A DNA stretch of 64,000 nucleotides from Mobula hypostoma. Taxonomy: Eukaryota. The DNA is taken from the NCBI RefSeq assembly GCF_963921235.1, contig NC_086108.1, forward strand, positions 27,592,001 through 27,656,000. The letters are read 5' to 3'. A program made the position numbers and the translations under genes. Below the pieces are notes generated by a model. That model was not told the origin of the DNA. It ran no database searches and saw only the letters and a list, made by a program, of their open reading frames with translations. This document shows positions 28,042-39,030 of the stretch, one piece after another; the stretch's first letter is position 1, and each line of letters begins with the position of its first letter.

Positions 28042-29619
28042 CAGGTGTCCCCCACTTTTCGAACGTACGCTTTACGAAACCTCACTGTTACGAAAGACCT
28101 ATATTAGTACCCTGTTTTCGCTTTCAAAAGGTGTTTTCACTGTTACGAAAAAAATCAGCGCGCGCCCCGAGCAGCCGCTCTCTCCCGGATTCAGAACAGC
28201 ATTGCTGAAACACGTTGCATTGAGCAGCCGTTTGCAAGATGAGTTCTAAGGTGTCGGAAAAGCCTGAAAGAGCTCGTAAGGGTGTTACATTTAGCGTAAA
28301 ACTAGACATAATTAAGCGTTTTGATTGTGGTGAATGAAGTAAGGACAACGTGAGTTTGACTTGTGGAAGCTGACGAAGATGATGTTGAAGAGGTTTTGGC
28401 ATCCCATGTCCAAGAACTGATAGATGAAGAGCTGATGCAATTGGAAGAGGAAAGGATAACAATCGAAACCGAATGCAGTAGCAAAATGAACGTGAAGCCA
28501 CTTCATGAGATTTTCGCTGCAATGATAAAGTACGACTTTACTTTTGAAAGGGTACGTCGGTTTAAGGGATATTTGCAAGATAGTATCAGTCCTTACAAAG
28601 AACTGTATGATAGAAAAATGCACGAGGCTAAGCAGTCAAGCAAGCCCTCCACATCAGCCACAGCAGACGACGAGCCTCGACTTTCTGACATCGAGGCGGG
28701 CAGTCATAGGAGAAGATAAGCCGCCTGCGCTAATGGAAACAGACAAGATGACACCCCAGTGTCCCACCACCCCAACACCCAGGCCGCGGACAGATACAGT
28801 ACCGATTCGCGAAGAACGCAGCAGTAGCCAGGAGACACACAGCACATCTTTAAGAAAAAAGCTGAAATAAGCATTCTAATTAATTAGGTGCCGCCCCACA
28901 CGTAAACATTGGCCCAGATCAGAGGCGATGCAATCGGCAATCGGCACTGATCTGAGCTGACAATTATGTGTCAGGTGGCACCTAATTAATTAGCATGTTT
29001 ATTTCAGCTTTTTTCTTAAATATGTGCTGTGTGTCTCCTGGCTACTGCTGGACTCCTGCGTGTCTCGTGGCAATGTATCGGTTGGTAGCCTGGAGGGTGG
29101 GGGCCACTGCACCACCCCAGCCTGCGACGACTCAGTCTAACACACCATCATCAGTGTGCTCTGCAAGCTGTCTTCCCGATTCAGGTAAGTGATACTACAC
29201 TGTACATACATTATTTCTACTTTATATCGGCTGTGTATTTTTACGTGTTATATGGTATGATTTGGCAGCTTCATAGCTTAAAGGTTACTGGAGAGCGCTT
29301 GGGCTGTGTTTCTGCGGAGAGCGCTTGCATGAGGTTTTCTGCTGAGAGCGCTTGCGTGAGATTTTTGCTTCGGCGAGCAGCGCCGACAATGATTGTGGAA
29401 AAGTATATTAATCATATCATTCCTGCTTTTACTACATGTTATTGTTATTTTCGGTTTTATGTGTTATTTGGCATGATTTGGTAGGTTATTTTTGGGTCTG
29501 CGAAAGCTCACAAAATTTTCCCATATAAATAAATGGTAATTGCTTCTTCGCTTTACGACATTTTGGCTTACGAACCGTTTCATAGGAATGCTCTATCTTC
29601 GGATGGCGGGGGAAACCTG
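28042..29619 (+). mobile_element. Internally deleted Tigger/pogo DNA transposon
   Basis: TA TSDs (28040-28041, 29620-29621); imperfect TIRs CAGGTGTCCCCC / GGGGGAAACCTG; N-terminal HTH relic RKGVTFSVKLDIIKRFD joined to the acidic C-terminus EDDVEEVLASHVQELIDEELMQLE; DDE domain missing. Confidence 0.85.
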
Positions 29620-30700
29620 TATTGCTTGGATTTCCAGCATCTGCAGCTTTTCTCTTGTCTGCAAGTAGATAACAGTCATCAATTTGAAGTGAAAAAAGTA
29701 TAGTCTATGGAACAGCTTTGCAGATGCTTTGTCTGTAAGAGAGCACATGCTAGCTCACTGCACCTGCTTTTTTGCTCAAGAGCAAAGTATGAGACTTGGT
29801 TATTTCAAACAGCCAAGCTGACTCTTTTATGTTGCTTACTTCAAGGAAAATTATAGTACTAATGGACAATATCATTTGGTATATCAATAACTGATGTGCT
29901 TATAGTTGGAAGAGTGTTTTGTACTCAAGGAAGTCAGCTTCACGGCAGTTACAGTATTAATTTGAAATTGTGAATATTAAGCAGAGCTCTATGTCTCGAA
30001 AAGATGCTTTGAAACCATTTGTGCTAAAAAGATACCTAAGAAAATATCATATGCATGTGATATCATCCAAATGGAAGTAAAAGGGCATGAATGTAGAGAG
30101 AAGTTCAGTCTTATTAGGAATACAGTAATGGACATCAAGAAGAAACGTGGAACAAGCATGGGGTGAACTAGAATCTATTACCCAGTTCCATTTTCTGAGA
30201 CAGATGGTGTGTTCATCTTTATCTTTGGTACTGTATGTCTTTTTATTTTATCGGAACTATACCTGTATTTTGGAAATATTTTGTGTTTAAGAAATGTTTT
30301 ATATTTAGCAAATGCTTTGTGTTGTAGAAATAACTGTGTGTTAGAAATCGTTTGCAATTTGAAAATGGTTAAGATAGAAATCCTCTGAGTTTAAAATATG
30401 TTTTAAGAATGTTCTTTGGATTTAAACATATATTACTGAAAATAAATGTACTCTGTTTTAAACTACTTTGTTAGCTGGAAGTACCTTCCCCTGGGTGATA
30501 AGAGGGAACCCACTGGTTACATAATGGATATTGGCAGCTAAACTCACCACGGAGAATAAACAATAAAGTAAACTTATCTTTGAAGACTGTTACAGCATAA
30601 TCTCTACTTAGTGAGAGTACTCATGACTATTTATATCCAATAGGACTTAAGCACTTCATTTGAGTTTAAAACGTCCGGTCCACAAACCTAATACCCACAG

Positions 30701-30718
30701 TGGGTGTCCGATGTGGTC
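30701..30718 (+). promoter_or_regulatory. Degenerate primer-binding site (tRNA-Lys1,2-like)
   Basis: TGGGTGTCCGATGTGGTC lies directly after the LTR end and resembles the foamy PBS TGGCGCCCAACGTGGGGC, mostly through transition changes. Confidence 0.55.
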
Positions 30719-30889
30719 ACTGTTATGCCAAAAGTATTATTTTAGAAAGCATTTTCATTTAGCAGTAGGCTAACTCATAGAGCTCTCAACAAGTGCTATA
30801 GCACTGCAAATCATACTATAAAATTTTCGACATCCTGATTTCTAGCAGTGGTGCAGGCCAATTGATATTATGAACGTGTTAATAGTATA

Positions 30890-31680
30890 ACAGAGCTAAG
30901 TAGTTACGGCGCCCAACGGCGACTCCTTTGCTTGCATCTTCGAAAATGGTTCTATTTCCACCTTTAATTTCTCTATTTTTCAGTTTCAGGGTTCCTTTGA
31001 AGACCCTGGCCTGGAGTTACACGCTGACTACGTTTCTTTGCGGGAATGGGACCCACTCCCGGGGTTCCACAATCAGCCGCTATTCGGCATGCCAAAGGCT
31101 TGGCCTAAGATTTCGACATGGATTCAGAAGCCTGGGATCTTGAGGAACTGGAGATGAACGGATCAAGGGTCACTGTCACCACAGGAGATCCGTGTGTCGT
31201 TGGGGGAGTCAGAACAGCTGCTGTGTGCCTGGGGACCTGGGATCTTTGCGATCTTCAGGCACAGAGCTCAAAAAGTGATGCAATGGACTTTTAAAATCGT
31301 AAACCAGCGAGTTGTTTGTTATGTCTCCCCGCTTGTTGGAAAATGGGGTTATCTCTTTCTCCCTTATTCGGAGAGAGTGAGCCTTCAGCATGTCGAATTA
31401 TCGGGTGAACAATGTAGTCTTTGGGGTAACTGCAAGTCTGTGTCTGTGCTATTGCTTCGCTCACGCTTGAGTGCTGGTGGGGGGAGGAGGATTTTTGCTT
31501 ACTGCTGCTTATGTGGGGGAGGGAGGGGAGCTGTGGGGGGACTTTGGGGTTCTAACATTTAATTATCATTCATTCTTGGAGCACTCGTCTGTTTTTGTGG
31601 ATGGTTGTGAAGAAAAAGCATTTCAGGATGCATATTGTATATATTTTTCTGACATTAAATTGTACCTTTTAACCTTTGAA
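30890..31680 (+). mobile_element. Non-autonomous LINE-tailed element inserted in gag
   Basis: CpG-richer than its flanks; ends ATTAAA...ACCTTTTAACCTTTGAA (short-repeat tail); the gag relic resumes directly after it. Confidence 0.55.
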
Positions 31681-32549
31681 ATATAATTACTGGGATTAAG
31701 ACCCAGCTGTTCCTGAAATTGAACATAATGAATACTTTAATCTTCAATTTAGAGACTAGAATAATAAAGGGATTGAAGACAGAATAAGATGCAGATTAGA
31801 CAGATCAAACCCAATGTATGTCTTGCTGGACTCATACTTCCACAAATTGTACCAGATCCCTACAATATAGTCTTATTTGTGCCTGGAGACAACAAAATTG
31901 TCTCCTTTTTAGATAGAAACCAAGCACCTAGGTGGGGATCACACACTTATGTGATAGGACCTGGTTACCCACATCTTAATCCTGATGCAATGGACACATG
32001 AGGTAGCGACCTAACCTGTAAACACTCGAGGTGCTAATGAAGCCTGGAGAACAGATGCTTGGGAACATGCACTAGAATTACTAAAACTATTGACTATAAC
32101 TTATAAAAGCATCCCCTGAACAAACTTCTCATCATGTTTGCAGGCAGTATGCGAACACTGCTAGCTGATGTTGAAGGAATTCTGAAATGGCTCTTAGAAT
32201 GCCAGGAGGTTAAAGGGATACTCCCCAACATAGTCATAATTTCTGAAATAATATTATTTCCCATAGTCCTGGTGGCACTTCCACACGAATATGGAAACCC
32301 ATATCAGATATATTTATAAACAAATAAATGACAGAGATGTAAGGAAAGACATTATACTGTATTCAGTAAAATAGTCAAAAGGTGGGGTCAAGAACAGCTT
32401 ATAATATTGGAGAACAAATGGCGAGGGCAGACTGGGACTTAGCTCATTCGATAATGTCCCCCCTATATCAACACCTGATACATAAACAATTTGACATGGT
32501 CTGCGCTTGCAGGACTGGACACAAGTGCAGAGGAACGGCAGACTTTCTC

Positions 32550-33380
32550 TGTCACGGTGGACACAGGCTCCAGCTCAACCCAGGAGCATTGAATGGCAGG
32601 CTCATGACTCGACCCAAGAGCGGTGAATGGCAGGTTCACGACCCAACCTGGGAGCGGTGAATGGCAGGCTCACGTCCCGACCCGGGAGCATCAAATGGCA
32701 GGTTCACGTCCCAACCCAGGAGCATCGAATGGCAGGCTCATGACTCGACCCAAGAGCGGCGAATGGCAGGTTCACGACCCGACCCGGGAGCATCGAATTG
32801 CAGGCTCACATCCCGACCCGGGAGCATCGAATGGCAGGCTCACGTCCCGACCCGGGAGCATCGAATGGCAGGCTCACGACTCGACCTGGGAGCATCGAAT
32901 GGCAGGCTCACGACCCAACCTGGGAGCGGCGAATGGCAGGCTCACGTCCCGACCCGGGAGCATCGAATGGCAGGCTCACGTCCCGACCCGGGAGCATCAA
33001 ATGGCAGGTTCACGTCCCGACCCGGGAGCATCGAATGGCAGGCTCATGTCCCGACCCGGGAGAATCGAATGGCAGAATCCCCATGAAGAAATGGGAATAA
33101 CGGGTTAGGCATAGGATTAACAACAGAGCCTCAGCAGGACAACTAAACAACAAATCACCTTCTGTAACACAGTAGGACCCCATGAAAGAGCTAACTAGAG
33201 AACCCTTTAAATAGTCATAGAATACAGGAAGCACATGCCAGTCATAATTAACTTAACAAGAATAAACTGAAAGTTCAAGGGCCTAAGCTCTAGTTAAGAT
33301 AATAGTAAATACAGGTGTTTGAGGAATCAAGAAGATCGAAGTTCTACGGCAAGCCACAGAGGCCCATGGGGCTCGTAACA
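32550..33380 (-). mobile_element. Solo-LTR-like insertion carrying a minisatellite
   Basis: Termini TGTCACG...CGTAACA; TATTTAAAG on the minus strand near 33205-33214; no TSD found. Confidence 0.55.
32576..33075. repeat. 34-bp minisatellite, ~14-15 copies
   Basis: Unit GGGAGCATCGAATGGCAGGCTCACGTCCCGACCC. Confidence 0.95.
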
Positions 33381-33977
33381 CAACTTCAGGTTATTGAAGA
33401 GGGCCTGCACATCCACGTGCTAGTAGCAGGATTACCGTTTGTCCCCACACTAGGGCAACGAGATGGTAGCACAGATTCTCTCTAAATGGAATGTAGGGTC
33501 AGTAACAAAGACATCAAGCCAGCCTTGTTCCTCGGGTTGATCATATTCACAGCATTCTCCTACACCAACACTTCAGCAGGGAAGATGTAATCAACAAATC
33601 AAGCAAGTTCTCTGGTGACCATGTGCCTTAGGAAGAGAGATTCAGCTACAAGGTGGAGGAACAGACACTAGGTACAGGCCACAACTTATAGTTCCACCCC
33701 TTTCTTTGCAGAAGAAATTATTAGACTAAGATACTCCTTCTGGGACAGACGGAACATTAAGAGGCCACATCAAAATTACGGAGAAGAGTATGAAAAAAAG
33801 CACACATCACAAGGCCTGCTCATCCTTCATCCTCTCAATATAAAAAGGAACAGAACCCATTCTAATCATGCACTTCCTCTCCTGCAGCTTAGGGAAAACA
33901 AAATGTAAAGAAGGGAAAGGCTAATGTTAATGCATTGAAAACTGAACAGGAGGATTTCAGCAACAGCTCTACTCAAA

Positions 33978-35130
33978 ATGCTCCATCTGACCAACAGGAT
34001 ACAGGCATACCTAGTCTCGCCTTTCCATATGACAAAGCTTGTACCTTTTGGCATAATTTGACCCTGCCATTTTGATACAGCAATAGAAATGGTAACAGAA
34101 GCTGCAAGGATTTGATTTGTAAAAGTATAAATCTTGCATACATCTAGCTAATGGCTTACTGGTCACATCGGCTGTCATGAACCCTGTGGGCTTGTGTATT
34201 TAATTGTTGTTTTATCTAGAGTCATTAAGCCCTTGTTCTTTCTGATTAATCCTGTCAAGTTTATTTTGACAGGCATGAGTTTTCTGCATTCTGTGATTAA
34301 TTTGGTTCAGATCTAAGGACTCAATTTGATTCAGAATGTTGTTCGCTTCTATTGTTTACATGATTTGTTGTGTTTTTTTTTCCTTAAAGGCAACCCAACT
34401 TATCAGAAACCTGAAAATAGTATTCTTGTGATAATTTATCTCTGAACGGTGTATATGTGGTTAGTCTCCACGGCTTTTTGTAGTGAGATTGCAACTGTCA
34501 CAGCACTCAAAAATTCCATATTCTCACATGCTGGCATTCCTCCCCCTACATACGCACTGACTGAGGGTCCTTATTCAACGGTAAAGGCTTTCGAGCCACG
34601 TGTGAACAAACAGGCGTAAATAAGGAGTACAGCATTGCCTTCTGCCCACAATCAAACAACCCATTTTGAAGCGAAGGAATCGAGAGATGAAGAAGGCCTG
34701 GCTAAACTGCTCTACACTAGAGGCACGGTAGGCTACACCCGTCCCTGAAGTGCTACTGTCCGTAAACAATGCGCCAAATGCAAAAATAGGAGTACAGAGG
34801 AATGTTACACCTTATTCCTTAACATATAACGTCCACTGAAATACACCCCTGATTGCCAACGTAGGCCAACCAAAGCCTATACTCAATACACCTCTCCTCA
34901 GGGCATTCAAGTGAAAGGAAAAGAACCTGTCAAGAAAGCTTAGAGACCTAAAAAAGAGTGGTGGGTCAAAGAAAATGAGTTCCACAGAAATAATTCCAAC
35001 CCTATTTTCCATCATGGATGAAAAACTCCTTGTCTCATTACTCAGGTTAGAACTATGTCCATGGATAACATCAAATCTGCCCCAACAGGATTTATCCCCC
35101 AGAATGAGTGGAAACCGTGTATTAGATCTG
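33978..35130 (+). pseudogene. pol: Foamy-type pol relic: possible protease start plus integrase; RT and RNase H deleted
   Basis: ATG at 33978 is in frame with CHFDTA (34065-34082; ~AHWDSG). Integrase: ILVIIYL*TVYMWLVSTAFCSEIATVTAL ~ [40 protein letters not shown] ~ EFSTPYHPQSS; KRRNREMK ~ ERKNSDIK; C-terminal A*RPKKEWWVKE...G*KTPCLITQVRTMSMDNIK ~ SWSPVVGQLVQE...RWHKPSTVLKV...RTVSIDNLK. Foreign insert at ~34173-34388. Confidence 0.82.
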
Positions 35131-35169
35131 TCCATGGGTCCAAGATGGAAACCCTAGACCTCAACAGGT

Positions 35170-37502
35170 GGAAGGATTGAGATGTATTGAAAAGGTAAAA
35201 CACATACTGTACTTAGATCTGAAAAGCAACATAAAAATCCCTATTCACTTGAGGAATATCTCATGGATACATTGCCCAGGGATAATACATTCAGAACACG
35301 TTGTTGATTTCAGTGAAGGCCAGATTCAAACTTCAAAGAAGAACTGCTGGTTTGCTGCATTTTACTTTTAATGCTTGTGTTTATTATACTATTGTTCACT
35401 TCTGCCTTACTAATCATTTGCTTTTCCACAGACCAAGTCATATTTACCATGGAAGATTCTCATCTGGCTCAGACACCGCTAAAACAAAATGACTCAGAGA
35501 ATATTAGATTGATAGGATGGTCGCGGTTAACCATGGATATTAAACCCTAGCTATCTACATGATACGCATGTCAGGGCAGTACAATATGGAGAGCAACCTG
35601 TTGCCCATTCAGCAGGCTCCCTCATTCACGCAGCAGAAGTATCCAAATAAATCCAGCATAGACCAATAAAATTTGGCGCCAGTGGTGTTGCAGGAGTTGC
35701 CAGTCTGCTTTGAACTCAACGTTGAACTACCTTCAGGACTCCAGCTCTGGAATTTTCCTTGGAGTTTACTCCCAAAGCCTTCCCATGCTTGCATATAGCA
35801 GCAAGATTTGAGATTAGAAGTTTTCTTCTCTAAGCTGTCAACCACAGCTGATGAGCCCTGTCTGCCTGAAGTGGCAGGTTTTAAGGTGCTAGTAACTGGC
35901 CTTTGCCCCTTCTCTTCTCAGTACAAATGGTTCCACTGGGCTTAGTAGCTAAGCGACATTTGAAGACTAGGAGCTCAATTTGATTGTTAGAAGCTATTTG
36001 AGATGCACACCATTTGGAGCATTTAATAAGTAGTGAGAGCTTATCCCCCACTACTCCCCCCCCCACCCACTCCACGATGACAACCTTAAGGAAACAACCA
36101 AGCAATTGCAAGCAATGGTAATTCTAATTTAAATATCACTAAATGGCCCTGAACTCTCGGTCATATGTGAACTAATATACTGGAACCCTTAAATCTTGCC
36201 TCTGGCAAATTGATCGTTGCTGTCCACTTAAACATTCACTCTGACCGTTTTGCAGACGAAATGAACCTAGATACATGGGAGGGTAAAGAATCACTTGCAG
36301 AAATGATATATAACACCTGAACAAAACTGAAAAATTCCATCCAGATATTCAAAATAAACTAATAGAGTAATCCCTTGACGTGGATCCCTCCACACTTGAA
36401 GAAAATTACATGTTATCGAATAATCCCACTCTTGGCTACATGACATTGAAACTATTGGACTACAGCATTGTGAAAAACCCTATTTTTTAAACGAAGACTT
36501 CTCCATTATACGGATATCTTACTGCACTTTTCCTTTAAGGATAAAAAGAATATGAGCTTACTTACTACAAAGATTTTGGACATTTTCATTTCTGCAATTA
36601 TGGCCACTATTCCATTCCATTATTAAATGTCAAGGTTACATGACAATTTTCTGTATTTCTGGGTTATGTTCTAAATGATTCAGCAAAGCCTTGATCTGGG
36701 TTTTTACATGGGAAGATAAGATGGAAAGATACACAGAAATAGAGGCTAAGATAAAATGAAAATATTTTCCTGCCTGGTCAAATGAAATTTAAAAATCCAA
36801 TAAATTTTTTAGGGATTTCATTTCCATAGACTATTGTATTTATCCAGATTTCTTGTTTGCCCTTCATCAAACAGTTGTGAATAGTTTGTGCTACTGTGCA
36901 AATACTATCTTACAACAAAAATTAGTTCAGAATTATTGGTGCCCTTACAAATTCAATTATATTTCAGATAGACTTTGACAACAAGTTGAAGAACAGGGAA
37001 ACAAACCTATGACAAACTTTAGTATTGGAGGCCAATTGATAATGTTAAATTTTGGGGTTACACTGCTAACATTACTCCCCAAATAGACATTGTTACATAC
37101 AGAGGTTTATGACTCTTGGGGTAATTTGATGATTTAATATACTCAAGGTAGTTGTCCAGTTTTAAGGAACAATTTATGATTGATGCAACAAACAATGTTC
37201 TAGGATTTGATATTTCTCAACAATGGGTAGAAGAAACTAGAGGAGCGAGGCACCTCCTTTCACAAATTTCTTTCTCAGACTCATACTAAGCACCTGACTG
37301 GCTTAACACTTTAGATGAAACAATAGCTAAGACCTTTCCAGCTGTTGCACATTTAGCTTCCACAGCAGCAAATACGGTTTCCGGATGGATTGGAAATATT
37401 TTAAATTAGGTTGAAGATATTATTTTGGCAGTTTTCCAATGGACCTTTCTCTTAGCCATTGGAATTATTATTTTTGGAGTATACTTTTTGTTGAAATGCT
37501 GA
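35170..37502 (+). pseudogene. env: Foamy-type Env relic (internally deleted; insert at ~35510-36090)
   Basis: Leader TM LVFIILLFTSALLIICFST ~ LVCILLIIVLVSCFVT. In one frame from 37158: SFKEQFMIDATNNVLGFDIS ~ SIKEQIERAKAELLRLDIH; PDWLNTLDETIAKTFPAVAHLASTAANTVSGWIGNIL ~ PAWIQQLAAATKDVWPAAASALQGIGNFLSGTAQGIF; then TM anchor FLLAIGIIIFGVYFLLKC*. Confidence 0.8.
35510..36090. mobile_element. Interspersed repeat inserted in env (possibly an RTE-type 5' region)
   Basis: Shift to higher GC that interrupts the env relic; family assignment is tentative. Confidence 0.4.
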
Positions 37503-38729
37503 AGCCTGCAGTGATGGGAATTTGGTGACTACTACTTTTTGTATAACGGTGTCACACCTGAGACATTTTTAACTCCCAAACATAACCTGCATCACAATGG
37601 TTTATTTCTCATTTGACTGCTTTGTTATACACTGCCTTATATTTGTCCCTTTACCTATACCTTTGGTTTATCCTTAGCCCTGGCAAAGTAAAGAGCAGGG
37701 CCTACCCTGACTACATTATCCTTGCATCTCTCCTTTTCCTAGTCCTGATCACGAATGTATACATATTGGCATGCCTGTTTCTCACCTCATCTTGAGGAGC
37801 TGGGATGGGTCTGTCATGAATAATTGGCTTAATAACACAATCCCATAGAAAGATATGTCAACAGAATTATTTTTACTTACCTATTTGGATGTTACATATT
37901 TTACTTTCTGACATGGGTAACTTTTTATATACAAACGTATACAGTTCATTAGATTTCATGTAGTGTACATTGTAAGTGTGTTGTTCATTGCTAATGATGG
38001 CATTATACTATCATGATTTACACCTTTGACTTTTAAAACCATCGATCTTACAATATTTATTGTGTTATGTTACATAGTGGAAAAGGACTTGCCAGGAGAA
38101 TGATAGCTACCCCAGAGGAATGCCATACTCCTGATAACCTTCTTAACTATTCTATTGTGATTTCTTCTGAAATGGAGATGTAATCCTAGGGCCCCTGGGG
38201 TTTACAAAACATTATCTTGTCACAAGGTAGAACTGTTTGAATGTGTTTCACTTACTATTTAGGTATAAGTATATATTGTGTATGTGATACTCGTACAATG
38301 CAACAAATAGGACCACTAGACTTATCCATATTGCTGTTTGCGTTATACTCAATGTTACAAGAATAGTTTGTATGTTTGGTTAATAAAATCCCAGGATTTG
38401 ACAGAACAGACTGAGTAGCCTTGTTATGCTAAAGCTTTCTGGGAAAACATACAAGTTGGGAAGATGTGCCAATTCTTCTCAGTTAGACCTAATCCTTATC
38501 AAAGTAAAGGGGGAAAACCTGAACAATTATACACAGAGTTCAGAATCACTAAAATGGGAAGAAACATGTTTGATGTCAGAATGTTAAATTAAACCATACC
38601 GATAGTGTTCACTTCCATGGGAGAGACATGCCCCAACTCAAATGTGGTGTCATCTTTCTTTCTCTGGGAGCTTAAAATTCAAGGCATGGACAGAATCCTC
38701 TTCCTTATTTTTGTAAAAGTTTCTTTGTT

Positions 38730-39030
38730 GCTTATTTATTTATTTGTTTGTTTGTTTGTTTATTTATTTATTTATTGAGATAAAGCATGGAATAGCCCTT
38801 CTGGCCCTTCAACCAGCACTCTGCTTTAACCCCAGCCTAATCACGGGAAAATTTACAATGACCCATTAACCTACCAACTGATATGTCTTTAGATTGTGGG
38901 AGTAAACCAGAGCACCCAGAGAAAACCCACATAGTCACGGGAAGAACAGACGTATTCCGTAAAGTGATGGAAATAGAGTCCAGGTTGCTGGTTCTGTAAA
39001 GCATTGTGCTAAACTCTAGCTACCATGTCA
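38730..39030 (-). mobile_element. SINE-like element with (TTTA/TTTG)n tail
   Basis: Tail at 38732-38776; core GAGTAAACCAGAGCACCCAGAGAAAACCCAC resembles the SINE fragment at 50420-50560. Confidence 0.6.

Larger units (their letters stand above)
26751..29659. mobile_element. Nested cluster: Penelope-terminal-repeat-derived element hosting a Penelope and a Tigger
   Basis: Outer element pieces at 26751-26873, 27991-28041 and 29620-29659; degenerate TSD TGTAAATGGATAGCAGT (26733-26749) / TGCAAGTAGATAACAGT (29660-29676). Confidence 0.65.
26577..30699 (+). repeat. 5' LTR of the foamy-like provirus (26577-26750 plus 29677-30699; split by nested insertions)
   Basis: Starts TGTGATAGATATTTG and ends CCCACA; aligns along its length with 39692-41909 (e.g. 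AAACACAAGCAG...GCAAGTAAACTTCCAA, TTAGTGAGAGTACTCAT); AATAAA at 30555 is conserved at 40848. Confidence 0.82.
30765..34000 (+). pseudogene. gag: Foamy-virus-type Gag relic (interrupted at ~30890-31680 and 32550-33380)
   Basis: Compared with prototype foamy virus Gag as recalled: IALQIIL ~ VEALVVIL; PRWGSHTYVIGPGY ~ PLRFGPLANGHYVQGDPY; ILKWLLECQEVKGILP ~ IPIWLGRNAPAIDGVFP; GSRTAYNIGEQMARADWDLAHSIMSPLY ~ GVATAYTLGMMLSGQNYQLVSGIIRGYL; KANVNALKT ~ RAVNTVTQ. No CCHC knuckle seen. Confidence 0.75.

Noticed and set aside
30907..30920. CGGCGCCCAACG as the proviral Lys1,2 PBS
   Set aside because: It is ~200 bp from the LTR end, lies inside an apparent younger insertion that interrupts the gag relic, and diverges after 11 nt. 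The site at 30701 fits positionally, though some ambiguity remains.
32576..33075. CRISPR-like array or repeat-protein genes (ORFs 32623-33108, 32661-33086, 32798-33100)
   Set aside because: Units are head-to-tail with no unique spacers and no cas genes; the ORFs arise because the 34-bp unit lacks stops.
34030..34062. FWHNL as the integrase YWWPNM motif
   Set aside because: It overlaps the better-positioned protease-like reading in another frame; the two cannot be separated by eye.
38501..38518. AAAGTAAAGGGGGAAAA as the 3' polypurine tract
   Set aside because: LTR homology begins ~1.2 kb further downstream (39692); no clear PPT survives there, so none is called.
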